Positions 51,262 through 64,000 of a stretch of 64,000 bases of DNA are shown here, piece by piece. Each line of letters opens with the position of its first letter. Position 1 is the stretch's first letter. The notes beneath the pieces were generated by a model. The model was given only the letters and a program-made list of their open reading frames with translations. It did no database searches and was not told the DNA's origin. A program made the translations under genes and the position numbers. The stretch is from Trichinella spiralis (taxonomy: Eukaryota). The stretch spans positions 2,040,980-2,104,979 of the forward strand of contig NW_003526948.1 in the NCBI RefSeq assembly GCF_000181795.1, written 5' to 3'.

Positions 51262-52905
51262 ATGTTTCCCCTCGATAACAAGTTCGATATGTTTTTCAAC
51301 TTTTATGGTTTTGAAGATTTCATCGATCGCATGCACTTTTTGTTTACGGTGAAAGTGGTTGTTACTTATTTAGTCGTCATGTCTTTCACCGACATTCTGA
51401 CTCCACGTATCAAGTGTTGGAGTCCTCATCATTTTGTGAAATCCTGGGAGCAATATGCCGAAACATACTGCTTTATTCATTCCACGTATTATTATACCAA
51501 CAGTTCTATTGTGTAAGTGCTTTCGTGTTTCTGTTTTTATTTCATGATAAAATTTCAATTTATACGTTATGAGAATATACGTTATAACTCGGCAACAAAC
51601 GCCAAACATTAATACATTATCAATAGAACAGAATCGAAGTCAACTTTTCAGACATACGTAAATAAAGAAAATATTAAACAAGCAAAAAATTGTCGACATT
51701 ACGTTCAACTAATATTATTATTTAGAGAAGGTACGGAGGGAAAAAAGCACGGCTTTCATTTTTGGGCGACATATGTACTGGCAATTCAGGCTATATTATT
51801 TGCCACGCCCGCAGTGATTGCCGCATTTCTTACAAAGAGTATGAAATTAGTTGACCTACTTATTTAAACTGATAAATTATTCGTTTTTCAGAACCTACTG
51901 CGAATATTTTGTCATTAATAAATACCAATGTGGAATCCCCGTCGAAAGAAGATGAAATTAGTAAACATCTGCAGTTCAAACTGAGCAGTTATTTAAAATT
52001 CTACAGAATCAACAGCAGCATTTTTGGGTTCAACAATGTCGCATGTTCTTATTTAACATTAAGCCACGCTTTTGTAAAATTCCTTTTTCTGACAAATGCA
52101 GTAACTCAGTTTATCGCAGTCAGTTGGATTTTCAAAAGGAAGTCTTTCTTTTGGGGTGTCGAAGTTGCAGTTGAATACTTAAAAACTGGCAAATGGAGTC
52201 AGAGTGAACATTTTCCAATTACCACTTTGTAAGTATCCGATGTAAATTATATTCGACTCTTTTCTATGCTAATGCTTATTGGAAATTTTGTTCAGCTGCG
52301 ATTTCAATGTCAGAGAAATGAACCAAGTAATAAATCACACAGTTCAATGCATGATTGGTGTGAACGCAATTCATGACAAATTCTTCTTTCTCCAATGGTT
52401 TTGGTTATTCTTTTGTTCTATAGCAACAACTGCTCATTTCATTATATGGACGAGATCTTCGTTTTCCTTGTCAAATCATGTCGACTTTATCAACCAGTGC
52501 TTGGAATTGACAACAAAAGATAAAGACAAGTATCACAATGATCTGGTGGTAAAGTTTACAAAAGAGATACTGCAATGGGACGGTGTAAAGCTGCTTCAAC
52601 TTATTAAATTCAAATTGAGCAATATAGCTGCCAAAACTATTACCAGAAATTTATTCAGGTAAATATATATTTATTTCAAAACCAGTATATTAAACATACA
52701 ATGAAAGAAGAAAATCAAAAGATCAAATTTAATTTCCAATAAATTCAGAGAGTTCACCAAAGAATGTTGCGTCACCAGTGGAAATGAAGAAACCGTCATT
52801 TCAATAGAAAACAGCAGAGAAGAACGTAGAAATCAAAAAAATGGTGAAAGAAAACAGACACTGCCGTTTCCAAGAGATATGTTTACCATAGTAATAGAAA
52901 AATAA
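51262..52905 (+). CDS. Innexin (invertebrate gap-junction protein), divergent, ~406 aa, 5 exons
   Basis: Exons 51262-51512, 51726-51838, 51892-52228, 52296-52658, 52749-52905 (1221 nt, phases consistent). Innexin motifs DFIDRMHFLFT, IKCWSPHHFVKSWEQYAETYCFIHSTY, FWG, HFPITTFCDFNVRE, HTVQCMIGVN, KFFFLQWFW and LQWDGV are present. AATAAA follows the stop at about 52915. Confidence 0.92.
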
Positions 52906-55900
52906 AATCAAACAAATAAAAATTCGCTTTCGAAATACATATGCCATTTATGCAATTTTAAAAAATGAAGTTTCACCACGTATCACTTTCAATTCATCCA
53001 CTAAATAAAGATGCAGGTCGCGTACAGTCGTAGCTGACACTTCAAATAAAACGGTTACCAATGGTAACGATCATCACCTCAGATGCGAAAGCCCCACTAG
53101 GATAACACTGTGCATCAGTGAAGATCATCAGTAAGAAGCAGAAGATGCTGAACCCATATATCTGTCAACATTATCCAGGGCTGTGCATTATTCACTTCGT
53201 TGGACAGTGTCTTATTTCCAGAATCTGAACCCATTTATCGTTGCAAGTTTCACAACTGTCTTCTGTCCACTTCTTCGGACAGTGTCGTCTTCTCAGATAT
53301 GGAACCAATATATGGTCTACCTTATTCAGAGCTGTTTTCCATTCACCTTCTTGAACAGAATTTTACTTACAAAGTGGCTACGGTACAACAGATTCCCATT
53401 CAGATCTTGTATCAAATACAAATTGTGAAATAAGAAGTGAATAAGAGCTAGCAGAGCGCATTTTAGTCATAGTTTCTTGACATTGCCTACAACTTGTAAA
53501 CTTACTCGCTGTTTAGTAAAATTTTTCAACGTTGAAGTGACCGAAATTCATAACAGATACAGCCGTGGAAATCATTTGATGCTCCTTTTCGAAATATTCA
53601 GTACAGTTGAAAACGTCAAGTGAAGCAACACCGCTTGGAAAACTTGTACAAATTTTGCTTAGCCAACTTTTCGAATACACTATCACCGTGATCCTGCTTA
53701 GTGCGCCACGCTGTTTCCATCTGAAGTCACAGAAAGTCAATTCAAACATGGTCAACTCACACAAATCACAACTCGTAAAAATAACACACATACTGTAGTA
53801 TCAATACTGATGAATAGGTTCATACTTTAATTCCATTCCATGCAATGAATTCTGTCACAAAACCGTCACAAAACTATTTTGTCTGATTCGGCTAACACTG
53901 ACAAATATGAGTAAACAAAAAGGAGATACAGAAACATCTTCTGAAATGCAAATTTTGAACTCATCCTCGTTTATGATACTGTATTTCATCTGGGCTGCTC
54001 AAATTAACTATTGAAGTTGCTATGAAAGTAAAATCTCTTTTCTATCACGACCCGAAAGAGATTACTTTGAACAAATGACAGTTATTTCAGATCATAAAAA
54101 CAAAAACAGAATTTGTATCCATTTACTACAGTATACTTAATTCAGGCGTGAACTAGCTTCCGTATTTTGAATGCGACTATGTACTATAAAGTATACGATA
54201 ATAGATTAATTTTTCTTTAAAAAATAATGTAAATTTATGTACTATGATAATTTCAATTGTAATAATATTTACTTGAAACGTATTCCAACAGCCTTTTATT
54301 GGCATAATATGTCTTTTATTTTCTCTAAAAAATCTTTTACGCAGCTAGTATTACTTGCAAGTTTTCTTTTCGCAACTTTTGAAATAATATGATACATTTT
54401 GTTGCTCAGAAAATGGTGGTTTTCGAATAAGTGTTAAATAGGAATGTTGTTGTTTCAGAATTAGTTTTTCTTACTGAAATTTTTTGAAAGTCTAATTTAT
54501 ATTTTAATTAATAATCTTTTCAAATAAATATTATGTGTTTTATCATAAATGGCAATTTTTTTCAGAAAATATTCAATTTATCAATCAACAATTAACAAGA
54601 ATTATGAATAGTGATTTCATACTGAAATTGCTTTTATATAAAATTGTTAATAATTACCAGTTGGAAATATTCATGGAAATGATTTGAATGAAAACAAGTG
54701 AAAACAATGAAAATTCAAGCAGTTGTTGTGAAAAGAGAAATGTTTTACAAAATTGTCAATGGATTGGTTTCTTGGAAATGTTGATGAATTTCAGCAACAG
54801 CAGCAGTTGTCGGAAATGTGCAATAAATTTTAAAAGTGCAGACGGCAATTATTATTCGCTCTCGTAATTTTTAATGCAAACAAATTTCTGAACCAGAAAT
54901 TATTCAAAGTCTTTGATATTTCCGTCGTTAACTTTGCATGACATTAAAAAAAATTGCTTTTCTTAAACAATTCATCCCAAATGAATGATTCTGACATATG
55001 CGGATAATTCTGTCATCAAACATTTTTGATATGGTTGAGTAAGTTCGTAAAAGAAAATCAATTTAAAAATTATTTTCAAAACAAAAAGCCACTCATATTA
55101 CTGCTTGTGGCAAAATTTAGTATGAAACATTTAAAATTTATTCTTTAATAAATATTTTGTTCTTTTGATCAATAAATGATCTACAAAAAAGAAATTACAG
55201 ACATGATAAGAATTGTGTATACTTTTTAATTTGTTGAAATATTTTGTTATATAAAAATGTTTATTCAAAAGGAAAAATGTTGCACAACTTTAACATTGTG
55301 AATTTAGTAAAATATATTATTATTTTTAAACTTTATTCATGATAAAAAAATTTCAGTTTTACATTTGTTGTTTTTATTGTGAATAATCGAGAAGTAATCT
55401 TTTGATCAAAGAATTGAAATTTTGTTGAATAAATAAATGTCTTTTTATTCAAATCGATTCTGATTTTCTGAAATCTCATAACAGTAATAAATATATGAAA
55501 TAGACGAGTAAAATTGAAGTGAAATTGTTTATTTTTAAAAGGAAAACACAGTGATGCGTGTACTGAGAACTTTCGGGTCGCATTTGAGTCGATTTATTTT
55601 TACAATAAAATTCAAGTTTTACATTTGGACAACAACCATTTGACAATTTTGATAACTTGATTTTTGAAGGTTTTAATATTGCATAACAGTCTTTTTCAAC
55701 AGATAAACAATGTCGTAAAAGGTTCAAAAATTACACCGTAGTGCAAAATTGTGAACAAGATCAGAGAAGCATATCCAAACTGGGTGTCATGAAAAAACCG
55801 TAAAAATTTTCTTGAAACGTACTGTAAATTATGGAATTGTTTTGAAAAGAAAAAATCTTTTACTGGGTAAGTGTTTATTTTAGAGTATTTCATGCAAAAC

Positions 55901-58900
55901 TTTTTTATATCAATTAAAAATGATACATATATGCAATGATAATGTGATGTGCATTTGTAAGATTTGGAAAATGATCTAGCAGAAATGAAACAGTTTTAAT
56001 TGTAATAAAAGAAATCATAAAAAATTGTTCAATTAGCTAACGTTTATAATAATTAATATGAAAAGAACGGAAGTTATTAAAAGTTTTGACAAGTTATTTG
56101 CATAATTGAAGTTGATTATCAGTTTACGAATGGTGATTTGGAAAGTTGCGTTATTTTTAATTGTATTCCATTGATCAATCAACTTTTAGTTCGAGCCATT
56201 AAAATTAACTTTGTTATTGCATGTTATTGATTTTTTTGTACGCCATGCAAAATACTTCAATTTTTTCACGGAAGAAAGAAAAGATATTTAGAAAAAAAAA
56301 TATGCCATCACTAATCGACCTTAGAATAGCCCCCTTCTTATTGAAATTGCACCACCATTCACTGATGAATTCTTCAAACTTTCGAGCATACTGCTGCATA
56401 TATTCATGAATATTAATAGATTTACCGTTCGCTGATGTGAGTTGAATTTTTTCACGAACAAAAAGTGCATTAATGGATAGAGAAGAAATTGAAGTGTGAA
56501 AAAAAATTGAAGTAAAAAATCATTGAAAAATAAAATTTTTCCGGTAATATCAATGCATAATAAAGGAACAATTATGTATCTAAGCAACTTGGAATGCGTT
56601 GAACAGCTGCGAGATTGTCAGTTAATATGAAAAATATTTTCCAATAATACAATAGAGTTTTACAAGTGAGATTAATTTGTTGATTGGCCAGAAAACATTT
56701 TTCAAAAATAAATGATCAAATGTTTAGATATTAACCAAGTTTTAAAAAAATAGAATAAAAATGAAAATCGATAAATCTAATTTAAACTGTGTGCAGTTAA
56801 TTGAAAAAATTTTTCACCACAACAGCTTACTACTTATCATGAGCATTTTCTTTTATTAGCATTTATTTGGATAATTTAAGTGGAATAAGTTTGGAAAAAA
56901 TGAGTGCCATTTATAATGTTAACAATGAAACATTTGACAAGAGCAGACAATATCAAAAGGGAGCAATAAGTTTTCGCTTGATTTGAAGTTTTCATTCTAT
57001 TTTTCTTTTTCTTCATTATTATCTTGAATAATGATATTTTGTTTATCAGAATACTGTAAATTAAAATTTCATGCAAATTTCAGAAATGCTTCCATAAAAA
57101 TCAATGATGTTATGACGTTATTTTTCTATTTTATAGTAATAATAATAATAAGTGTTGTAACAATAGTAGTAGGGGGAGTTTTCGCAGTTGTAATTGCTTC
57201 GATTAAGATTAGCCACGCCCGAGGTAAGAGATGAATTTCAAGAAATTGAATTTTGAGAAAAGTGTTTAGTCAATTTTCTTTTTTCTTTTCTTTTCTTTAC
57301 AAATTCTTATTTTTGCTTATTAAATATGTATATTATTTTAATTTTTTCTTTAAATTTTTTTAAAACGGAAAAGTAGCGCATTTTATTATTTGAATAGTTG
57401 TTTTTGAAAGTTGCGCGGGAATTTTGCTTTCAGAAAAGAGATAATTTTTTCAAAATGAAAGAAACAAATGTATGCTAATTGAATTTAAATTTGAATTTTT
57501 TCTTTACAATAAAATGAAATACTGTTAAAAAGTAATGAACATCTTCTTCTTCTTCTTCTGCTTTACAATTTTGAATTGAATTTCCAACTTGCAACAATGT
57601 TTGCGTTTTTAATAAGCATAATTTTGAAAATTTCAATATCAAGTGTATTCGATTGTGGTACATTTCCTTTTTAATTGTTACCCCAAGCGTTGGTTGTTGT
57701 TTTGTTCGATATGCGCGCATAATAATTAATCGCATTTCCACCATTTGCTTTACAATTTCTACAACATTTAGCTTACAAGTAGAGTGGGGGCGGGGAAGGA
57801 TTTGTTGTTTAGTTTTTCTGTTTAAACAGAAAAGTTCGCTTCAAGGAAATAAGCTCTACGACGATCGTTAAACTTACAGCACTGAGGCGCCATCTGTATA
57901 ATTTGCACAGCTATTTCGTCGGTGTCATTTTCATCATAATCATCATCAGCATAATCATCATCGTCGTCGTCATCGTCATCATTCACACTTGTGCTCAATG
58001 TTGTCAAGCTGTGCTGCTTGTTTGTTGATTGCTGCTAGCAGTGATGAAGAGAAAAGAAAAAATTGTCGCTCCATTCAAGAAAGCAATTGAATATAGTAAG
58101 TTTCATTTTGAAATTTATCCCCATAAATGATGCATAAAATTCTGTTCAACAATTGCAATTATTAATTGTATTTTGTCTTTTTTTTTTGCAAATTATCATT
58201 TAGCAAAGCGGAACATTATTGTTATTATTATGCTTGTACAGGGGATAAACAATTTTGCAAGTGCACATCTGCTCGGCTTGGTGTATTTAATTAAAATAAC
58301 ATTTTCTCTTCCACGTAATAAAACAAACATTCGTCTGTATTTGATCATCGTGAAAATTGTTCAATTTTTACTCATTCATTCAAATTTTTGACAAACAAGC
58401 TATTCATTTGGACGGAAATAAATTCATTTATTCTTTATTAAGTTTCATTTTATTGCTAATATGACAAATTTGTTGACAAATTTTTCAATTTTTACACTTG
58501 ATTTATGTTTGAATTGTATTCAAAAAAATTGCATAGCTATCCATCTATAAATGATCATCTGACACAACATAACGCAATACAATACAATATAATACAAACA
58601 AATATTTTGCTTGCTATTTTTTTATACTTCTTTTTTTTGCAGATTATTATTTGATAGATATATATATATATATAGTAAGTGCAACAAAGCAGGGCAAAAT
58701 TGCACAGAAAAGGGTTAATTTAGTTGCATTTTCTCAGTTACGTTTATTTTTCTCTTTTGAGCTCAAGCTGGCTTATATTTTGATTAGCCGATTAGATAAA
58801 AACATTTTATTGAATTCTTCTGTGCTGCCGCCGCTGTGTTCGTCGAGTGTTTCGTGTGCATGTCTGTCAACAATTGTGTATGTTATCTGAATGAATAAAA

Positions 58901-59924
58901 ATAACCAAACCGATCGCTCATATTATACAACTAACAATAATCTTTTAAAAATAAGAAGAAAAATTTTCTCATTAATATTCAAATTTCACTTTTATCAAAC
59001 TGATAACATGTTTGCCAATATTGATATTTCTTCTTATCTGTTGTTTTGTGTTTTAAAAATTTTAAATTATAATATTTCAAATTTTATACAATTGATCAGA
59101 AATAAGTTAAGAAAATAAATATATTTTTCAAGTCATATTCATTCGAACGATGGTTACTAATTTTAAAAGTAATTGTATAAAACTTGGATCAATACTGTAT
59201 TGGATGTTTGTTTTAACAGTCGATTAGCCTTTTAGCCGTCGAAATATTGAGTAAACAAGCGTTTCGAATAACTAGAACAGAATTGCATATCTATCTGGGT
59301 TATATGTTTGATTTTTCGGGACAAATTAATAATCGAAAATGAAGAACATTCGAATTAAAAGTTGTATAAAAATAAAAAGTTTAAATAAATTAAAAAATCA
59401 AAATGCGCGTATAATAATGTTTGAAATTTCAACAAATTCAAAGAGGGAAAGAGAGGTAGCGATTGGGAGGGGGGGGTTAGAGTGAAGGTGAAGAAATGCA
59501 AGCAGAGGGGTAAATGGTTGAGGGGTAAAATGATTCTTTTTTCCACTGCTTGGTTGGGTCATGCTGTAGAAGAAGCAGCAGCAGCAGCAAACACAAAAAG
59601 CTGAAACAAAAAGAAGAAGAAGAAGAATATTTTTCAAATAAATTCAGTCGACCAACAGTCAGTCGTTAGAAGAGCCGGCCGGCGTTTTGTTTGTTCGTTG
59701 GAAAATGAATACGCTGAAATTGTCGTCGGTCATTAGTCAAACCTTTGTCGGCCATTTTAGCTGGTTTCGGGCAGATGTCGTCGGGAAGTGTCGAAAATTT
59801 TTGAAAATAATGCACGTTCGTTTGTCAAAAGCCAGCGGTGCCATTTTAGTGCGCCAGTTTTTATTGAACACTTTGCAGAAAAGCTGAAATTTTTCATAAA
59901 AGCTATCACAACCCTAAAAGCTTG

Positions 59925-60025
59925 ACAACAACCACCACCACCATCACAACAGCAACAACAACGACAACAACAACAGCAGCAGCATAAGCATAAGCATAAG
60001 CATAAGCAGCAGCAGTTGCTGTTGT
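59925..60025. repeat. Compound trinucleotide/hexanucleotide low-complexity tract (CAA/CAC/CAG, AGCATA x4)
   Basis: Directly visible. It produces the spurious poly-Cys ORF 59757-60050. Confidence 0.85.
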
Positions 60026-63000
60026 TCTCTTTTATTTTATTATTTTGCAACTTTTTTTTTTATTACTTTTGCTCTGCTTCCTTTTACCCATTTTCAATAT
60101 TATAAATTCATTCATGCATTTTAAATCAACAATGACAACTTTTATTTTCATTCTTATTTGAATTTTTTATATCTGTTTTTTTTAAAATTCTTTCATTGAC
60201 TTTTTCGATGCTTCTATTTCGGTAAGTTGATTATTGCTGTTCTTGAACGTTTGTTCAAATTTTACGCGATGAATGAAAAAAAATAATAGCAACAACAAAT
60301 GACAAAATAATGATTTATAAAATTTTATAATTAATTTTTTTTTGTTCCGTCATCAAGTGGAACAAAATTGTTTCATTTATTATTAATGGAATATTAATTT
60401 GACTTTATTTTCAAAAAAAATAATTATAAAATTAATAATATATTGAAAATGAACAAATAAAAAGTGTAAATAAGTATTATAAGAGGAAAGAAAACAAGTT
60501 TTAATTTCACAGAGAGAGAGAGAGGGAGGGAGGAAATTTGCTTTCTAGTAGATGATGATAAAGCCGAGTGAATGAATGTGAATTGAATTGATTGAATTGG
60601 AAGATTAAGTTTTTATTGTTTGAATTGGGAAATTATTTTTACGTACATGTAATTTATATTGAAATGATTGAAATATATATATATTTTTGTTTTTCATCTT
60701 CATTTGATAATTAATTCAAATTATTTCATTTATATCAAAATGACTGAACATAATTTATGGAAATGTTGATGAATTCTTCATCTTCATCTTCATCTTTTGC
60801 TGCTAATTAATAAATTGTTCGGCACCATTTTTGTTTTCCAGTCAATAAATAGATAGAAGTAAGGGGCAGAAATTTCTTTCTCAACAGCAAAAGCAGAAAA
60901 TAAGGTTTTGAATTTTTTTTTTGATTTTGCAAAAACTTGTATCATGTAGCTTTTTTTTTGCAAACTCGACTTCATTTTTTCCCATAAAATGTTGCATTTC
61001 AAACCAACTGTGACGGTGAAAACAGCAACAGGCTGTGCCAATTTGATACACGTGCAATTTCAGCTCCACAACAGCAAAAAAAATCGTATATATATATATA
61101 TCTTTTTTCTTATTTTAAATTTTGTTACCACCTAGTTTGGTGTTGGGTTTGGGAAGTGGAATTTCACTTGTTCAGTGTTGCATGACGTGTTGCAATATAA
61201 CCGATGCGAAGAACTGAAATTTTTCTTGCCTTTTATTCCAATCTGACCGACCAATCATCCGAGAAGAATCGTAAGCTTTCCAAACCCGTGGGATTCGTTC
61301 ACTTGTATTTTCAAATGAATAGGGTATTTATTTATTTCTCTTTTTTATGCTTGCATGGAAGAAAATCGAATAGCAGTGTGCGAGAGAGGACGACATTGTG
61401 TGTGTGTGAGAAGGAGAGATAGAGAGGGAGAGAGAGAGAGTCGGAAATTTCATATAAAACTGAGAGGAAGAACAGCTTGCTTGTCAGTCTGCTGCTTTGA
61501 TCGCGTCCAACAGCAACACGACGCTGACGACGACGACGACGACGACAACAACAACATCAGCAATGACTATTTTACATATAGATCAGAAAATGTGAAAATT
61601 GCATTAATTTCAAAATTTCCCAATCTTCTCATTCACCTCTTGCCATTTGCAATACCAGCAATTTCCAAGCACTCGATGGATATTATTTGATTCGAGCAGT
61701 TTTTTTTGCTTTTTTTCTAATTTTATTTTAATCATCCCGACGCGAACGCGCATGTATGGAATTTTCTGTTTACAATTGTTCACCTGCTTATCAAAGAAAA
61801 GAAGAGAAAAAATACCAAACAACCCCAAAGCGGCCCTCTTGCGCAGAACAGTTGATGAAAGGTGACGAGCAGTTGCTTTTTGTTTGTTTGTTCTTAAAAA
61901 TGTTTATTGCTCATTTATTTAATTAGATTTTTCAGTTTGTTTCAACTTTATTAAAAAAAGATTAACAATTTCCCATCTCGTAAAAGCAGTTGCTTTTTTA
62001 CGCTTGAGAAAATCCCTCCTCCGAAGCTTATAAAAACAAAAACAACATGAGAAAAAAAACATTCCCAAATGCTTTTCATTACTTTTTCCAAATTTTTGCA
62101 ACAGCAATTATTGTTCAATGTTGTTTAGATCGTCTCGTAGCTTGGGAAATGTAGGTACTGTTGTGTTGTTGACGATGTCGACCGGTTGGTTGGTTGGCTG
62201 AGAACGTGTCGAACTCTTTTCTGGCTTCGGGCCAGCTTGTCGCTGTTTTCAGCCTTTGCGTACACGCGCGTCTGCGTACGCATGTGTCAACAGCCGTCTT
62301 TTCGATGACGCAACTTAACAATCGATGCCTACCCGAACAATCCATTATTTCTACTTGCTCATCATTAAAGGATACTGTAATTGGTCGCCGGCGGTCGGCG
62401 CTCCGGAGCGCTGCCGCTGCTCGTGCGCTAAGGCTGCGCCAAGGCGCCGCTGCACTGGGCACGCCCACGCACTTTGTTCAAAAATTGAATTTTCGCATTT
62501 TTGCCGCTTTTTTTCCAACTCAACTTTACCGAATGATGTAGTGTGTTCGCGGTCGATTTTGATTATGACCATTATTGCCAACATACTTGCCAATTGATTC
62601 TGAACAGTTTGCTGGTTGTAGGTGATTGTAGTTCTATTTCGATTGTTTTTTCTCTTCCATTTGATGCATGATCCTGGTTGCAGTTTGACTGCGATGATTG
62701 TTTTAAATTTAATTACTTTAGCCATATTTGTTTTGTTTTATTCGTAATTTTTTCTGCATGCAAATAATTATTAATATATATGTTTATGTATATCCATCCG
62801 TATATGGATGTTATTATTTTTTTTACCAATTTTGAATTGCAGTTTTGTTATTTCATTTTCCTAAATTATCTCAAGTGTTGGAAGTTGTTCTATTGCGTTG
62901 ATTGATTGATCCGAAAGTTGTTTTGTTCGTATTTTTTTCAATTGCATTTCATGCTAATTAGCAACAGAGTGTGAGGTTGTTTTTGAATAATTCATTATTG

Positions 63001-63578
63001 GGTTTTGTTGCCAATAATTACTCTGGTCAGTTTCCTTCAATTTTCTGCGCCGTTGATTCGAATATTGATGGCAGATTTTAATTTTTTTTGTCTGATTATT
63101 TTCTCGAACTCTTGGAAAATTTAAATACATCCATCAGTGTAGTGCAGGAAGTGTGTGTACAGTATATGATATTGGATTTTTTTTCTTTGCTTTTGAATTT
63201 TATTGCCTGCACGTCGACTGTTGGTTCGCGTCCTTGATATTCTGTCGCGTCGACCTATTGTCATTGTCGCGTTGCGTTTTCGCTCCAGGTCAACTGCGTT
63301 GGCGTTTTTGTATTATTTCTCATCGCGTCTTACTGTTTTCTCCCCCCCCCCCTTTTTCTCTGATTGCCAGTTTTGCAAATTTTCTTTCTCTTCACCCGTG
63401 TGCAATATGCAAATTTTATATTTTAATATTTATCCACTTGTGCTTTTAGAATAACGTGCGTGCCAAGCGACGCCGTTCGTTGTTTTGTTCAGTTCGTGAT
63501 GAACAACGGCGCCCGAGCAGGGCTGCCGGCCAGACTGTTTTATCAACAACGTTGAGTGATCTCTGTCGTGCCGGCGCT

Positions 63579-63675
63579 ATGAGAGCTGCGTCGGCCGACC
63601 GCCGACATCTTATAGCGTTGCTTGTCTATGTGGTCCTTTTCACCAGTAACATCATCCAATGTCTTGAAGAAGTTG
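63579..63675 (+). CDS. First coding exon (signal peptide) of a secreted or membrane protein continuing beyond the window
   Basis: Acceptor TTTTAG ends at 63449. ATG at 63579 gives MRAASADRRHLIALLVYVVLFTSNIIQCLEEV (basic n-region, hydrophobic core), followed by a consensus phase-1 donor G|GTGAGT at 63675/63676. Confidence 0.6.
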
Positions 63676-64000
63676 GTGAGTGATACGTGATAATAAAATA
63701 TGTATACATACATACATACATATATATATATATATCAGAATTTGTGCACAAAACTCTAATAACAATAATACTAATAAGAAAAATCTTCTGTATATGTGAT
63801 GTACTGATTGAAGAGTGATTGGAAATATTTTGACAGATGTTTGTAATTTTGAAAAAGGTATTAGTTATAGGTAATGTGACGGTACCACTCTTTACAGGGT
63901 GGGAAACTTGGATGTTACATCCTTGTTGTTGGCAATTTCTTTGCAACATTTCTTATCTATATTATCTCTTTTCGTACACTTCTTACAATATATTTTCCTG

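Noticed and set aside
53513..53791. 92-aa minus-strand ORF with nearby splice-like sites
   Set aside because: A stop precedes the donor in all frames tried, and no domain is recognisable.
59757..60050. Cys-rich metallothionein-like ORF
   Set aside because: The cysteines derive from trinucleotide and hexanucleotide microsatellites.

Overview
This is eukaryotic, AT-rich, intron-rich DNA with short GT-AG introns (about 50-115 nt, TTTCAG/TTTTAG acceptors) and many microsatellites. Gene content and style suggest a nematode, possibly Trichinella-like (inference only). Genes spliced by hand with phase-checked exon chains: a 13-exon SLC9A/NHE Na+/H+ exchanger (-, 11453-16567); a 9-exon secreted pepsin-fold protein with degenerate catalytic motifs (DTA and NSR; likely a pseudopeptidase; -, 18234-20240); a 4-exon secreted ML/MD-2-like protein (-, 21504-22279); a C2H2 zinc-finger gene (-, 25069 to at least 28684, possibly starting at 31239); a GC-rich, nearly intronless Toll-like receptor of TOL-1 type (-, 32174-36186); a divergent innexin (+, 51262-52905); and the first signal-peptide exon of a gene running off the window end. 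The most unusual structure is a 456-bp tandem array that resembles satellite DNA but is a frame-preserving three-exon/three-intron cassette, adding about 75 aa per copy to the zinc-finger protein. Also seen: a diverged ~0.9-kb tandem duplication with a heptad-repeat small ORF, a degenerate EPIY-motif repeat behind the innexin, and GC-rich islands in long gene-poor stretches. No rRNA, tRNA, CRISPR array or recognisable transposon was found. Assembly gaps lie at 25771, 28849-28858 and 30811-31077.
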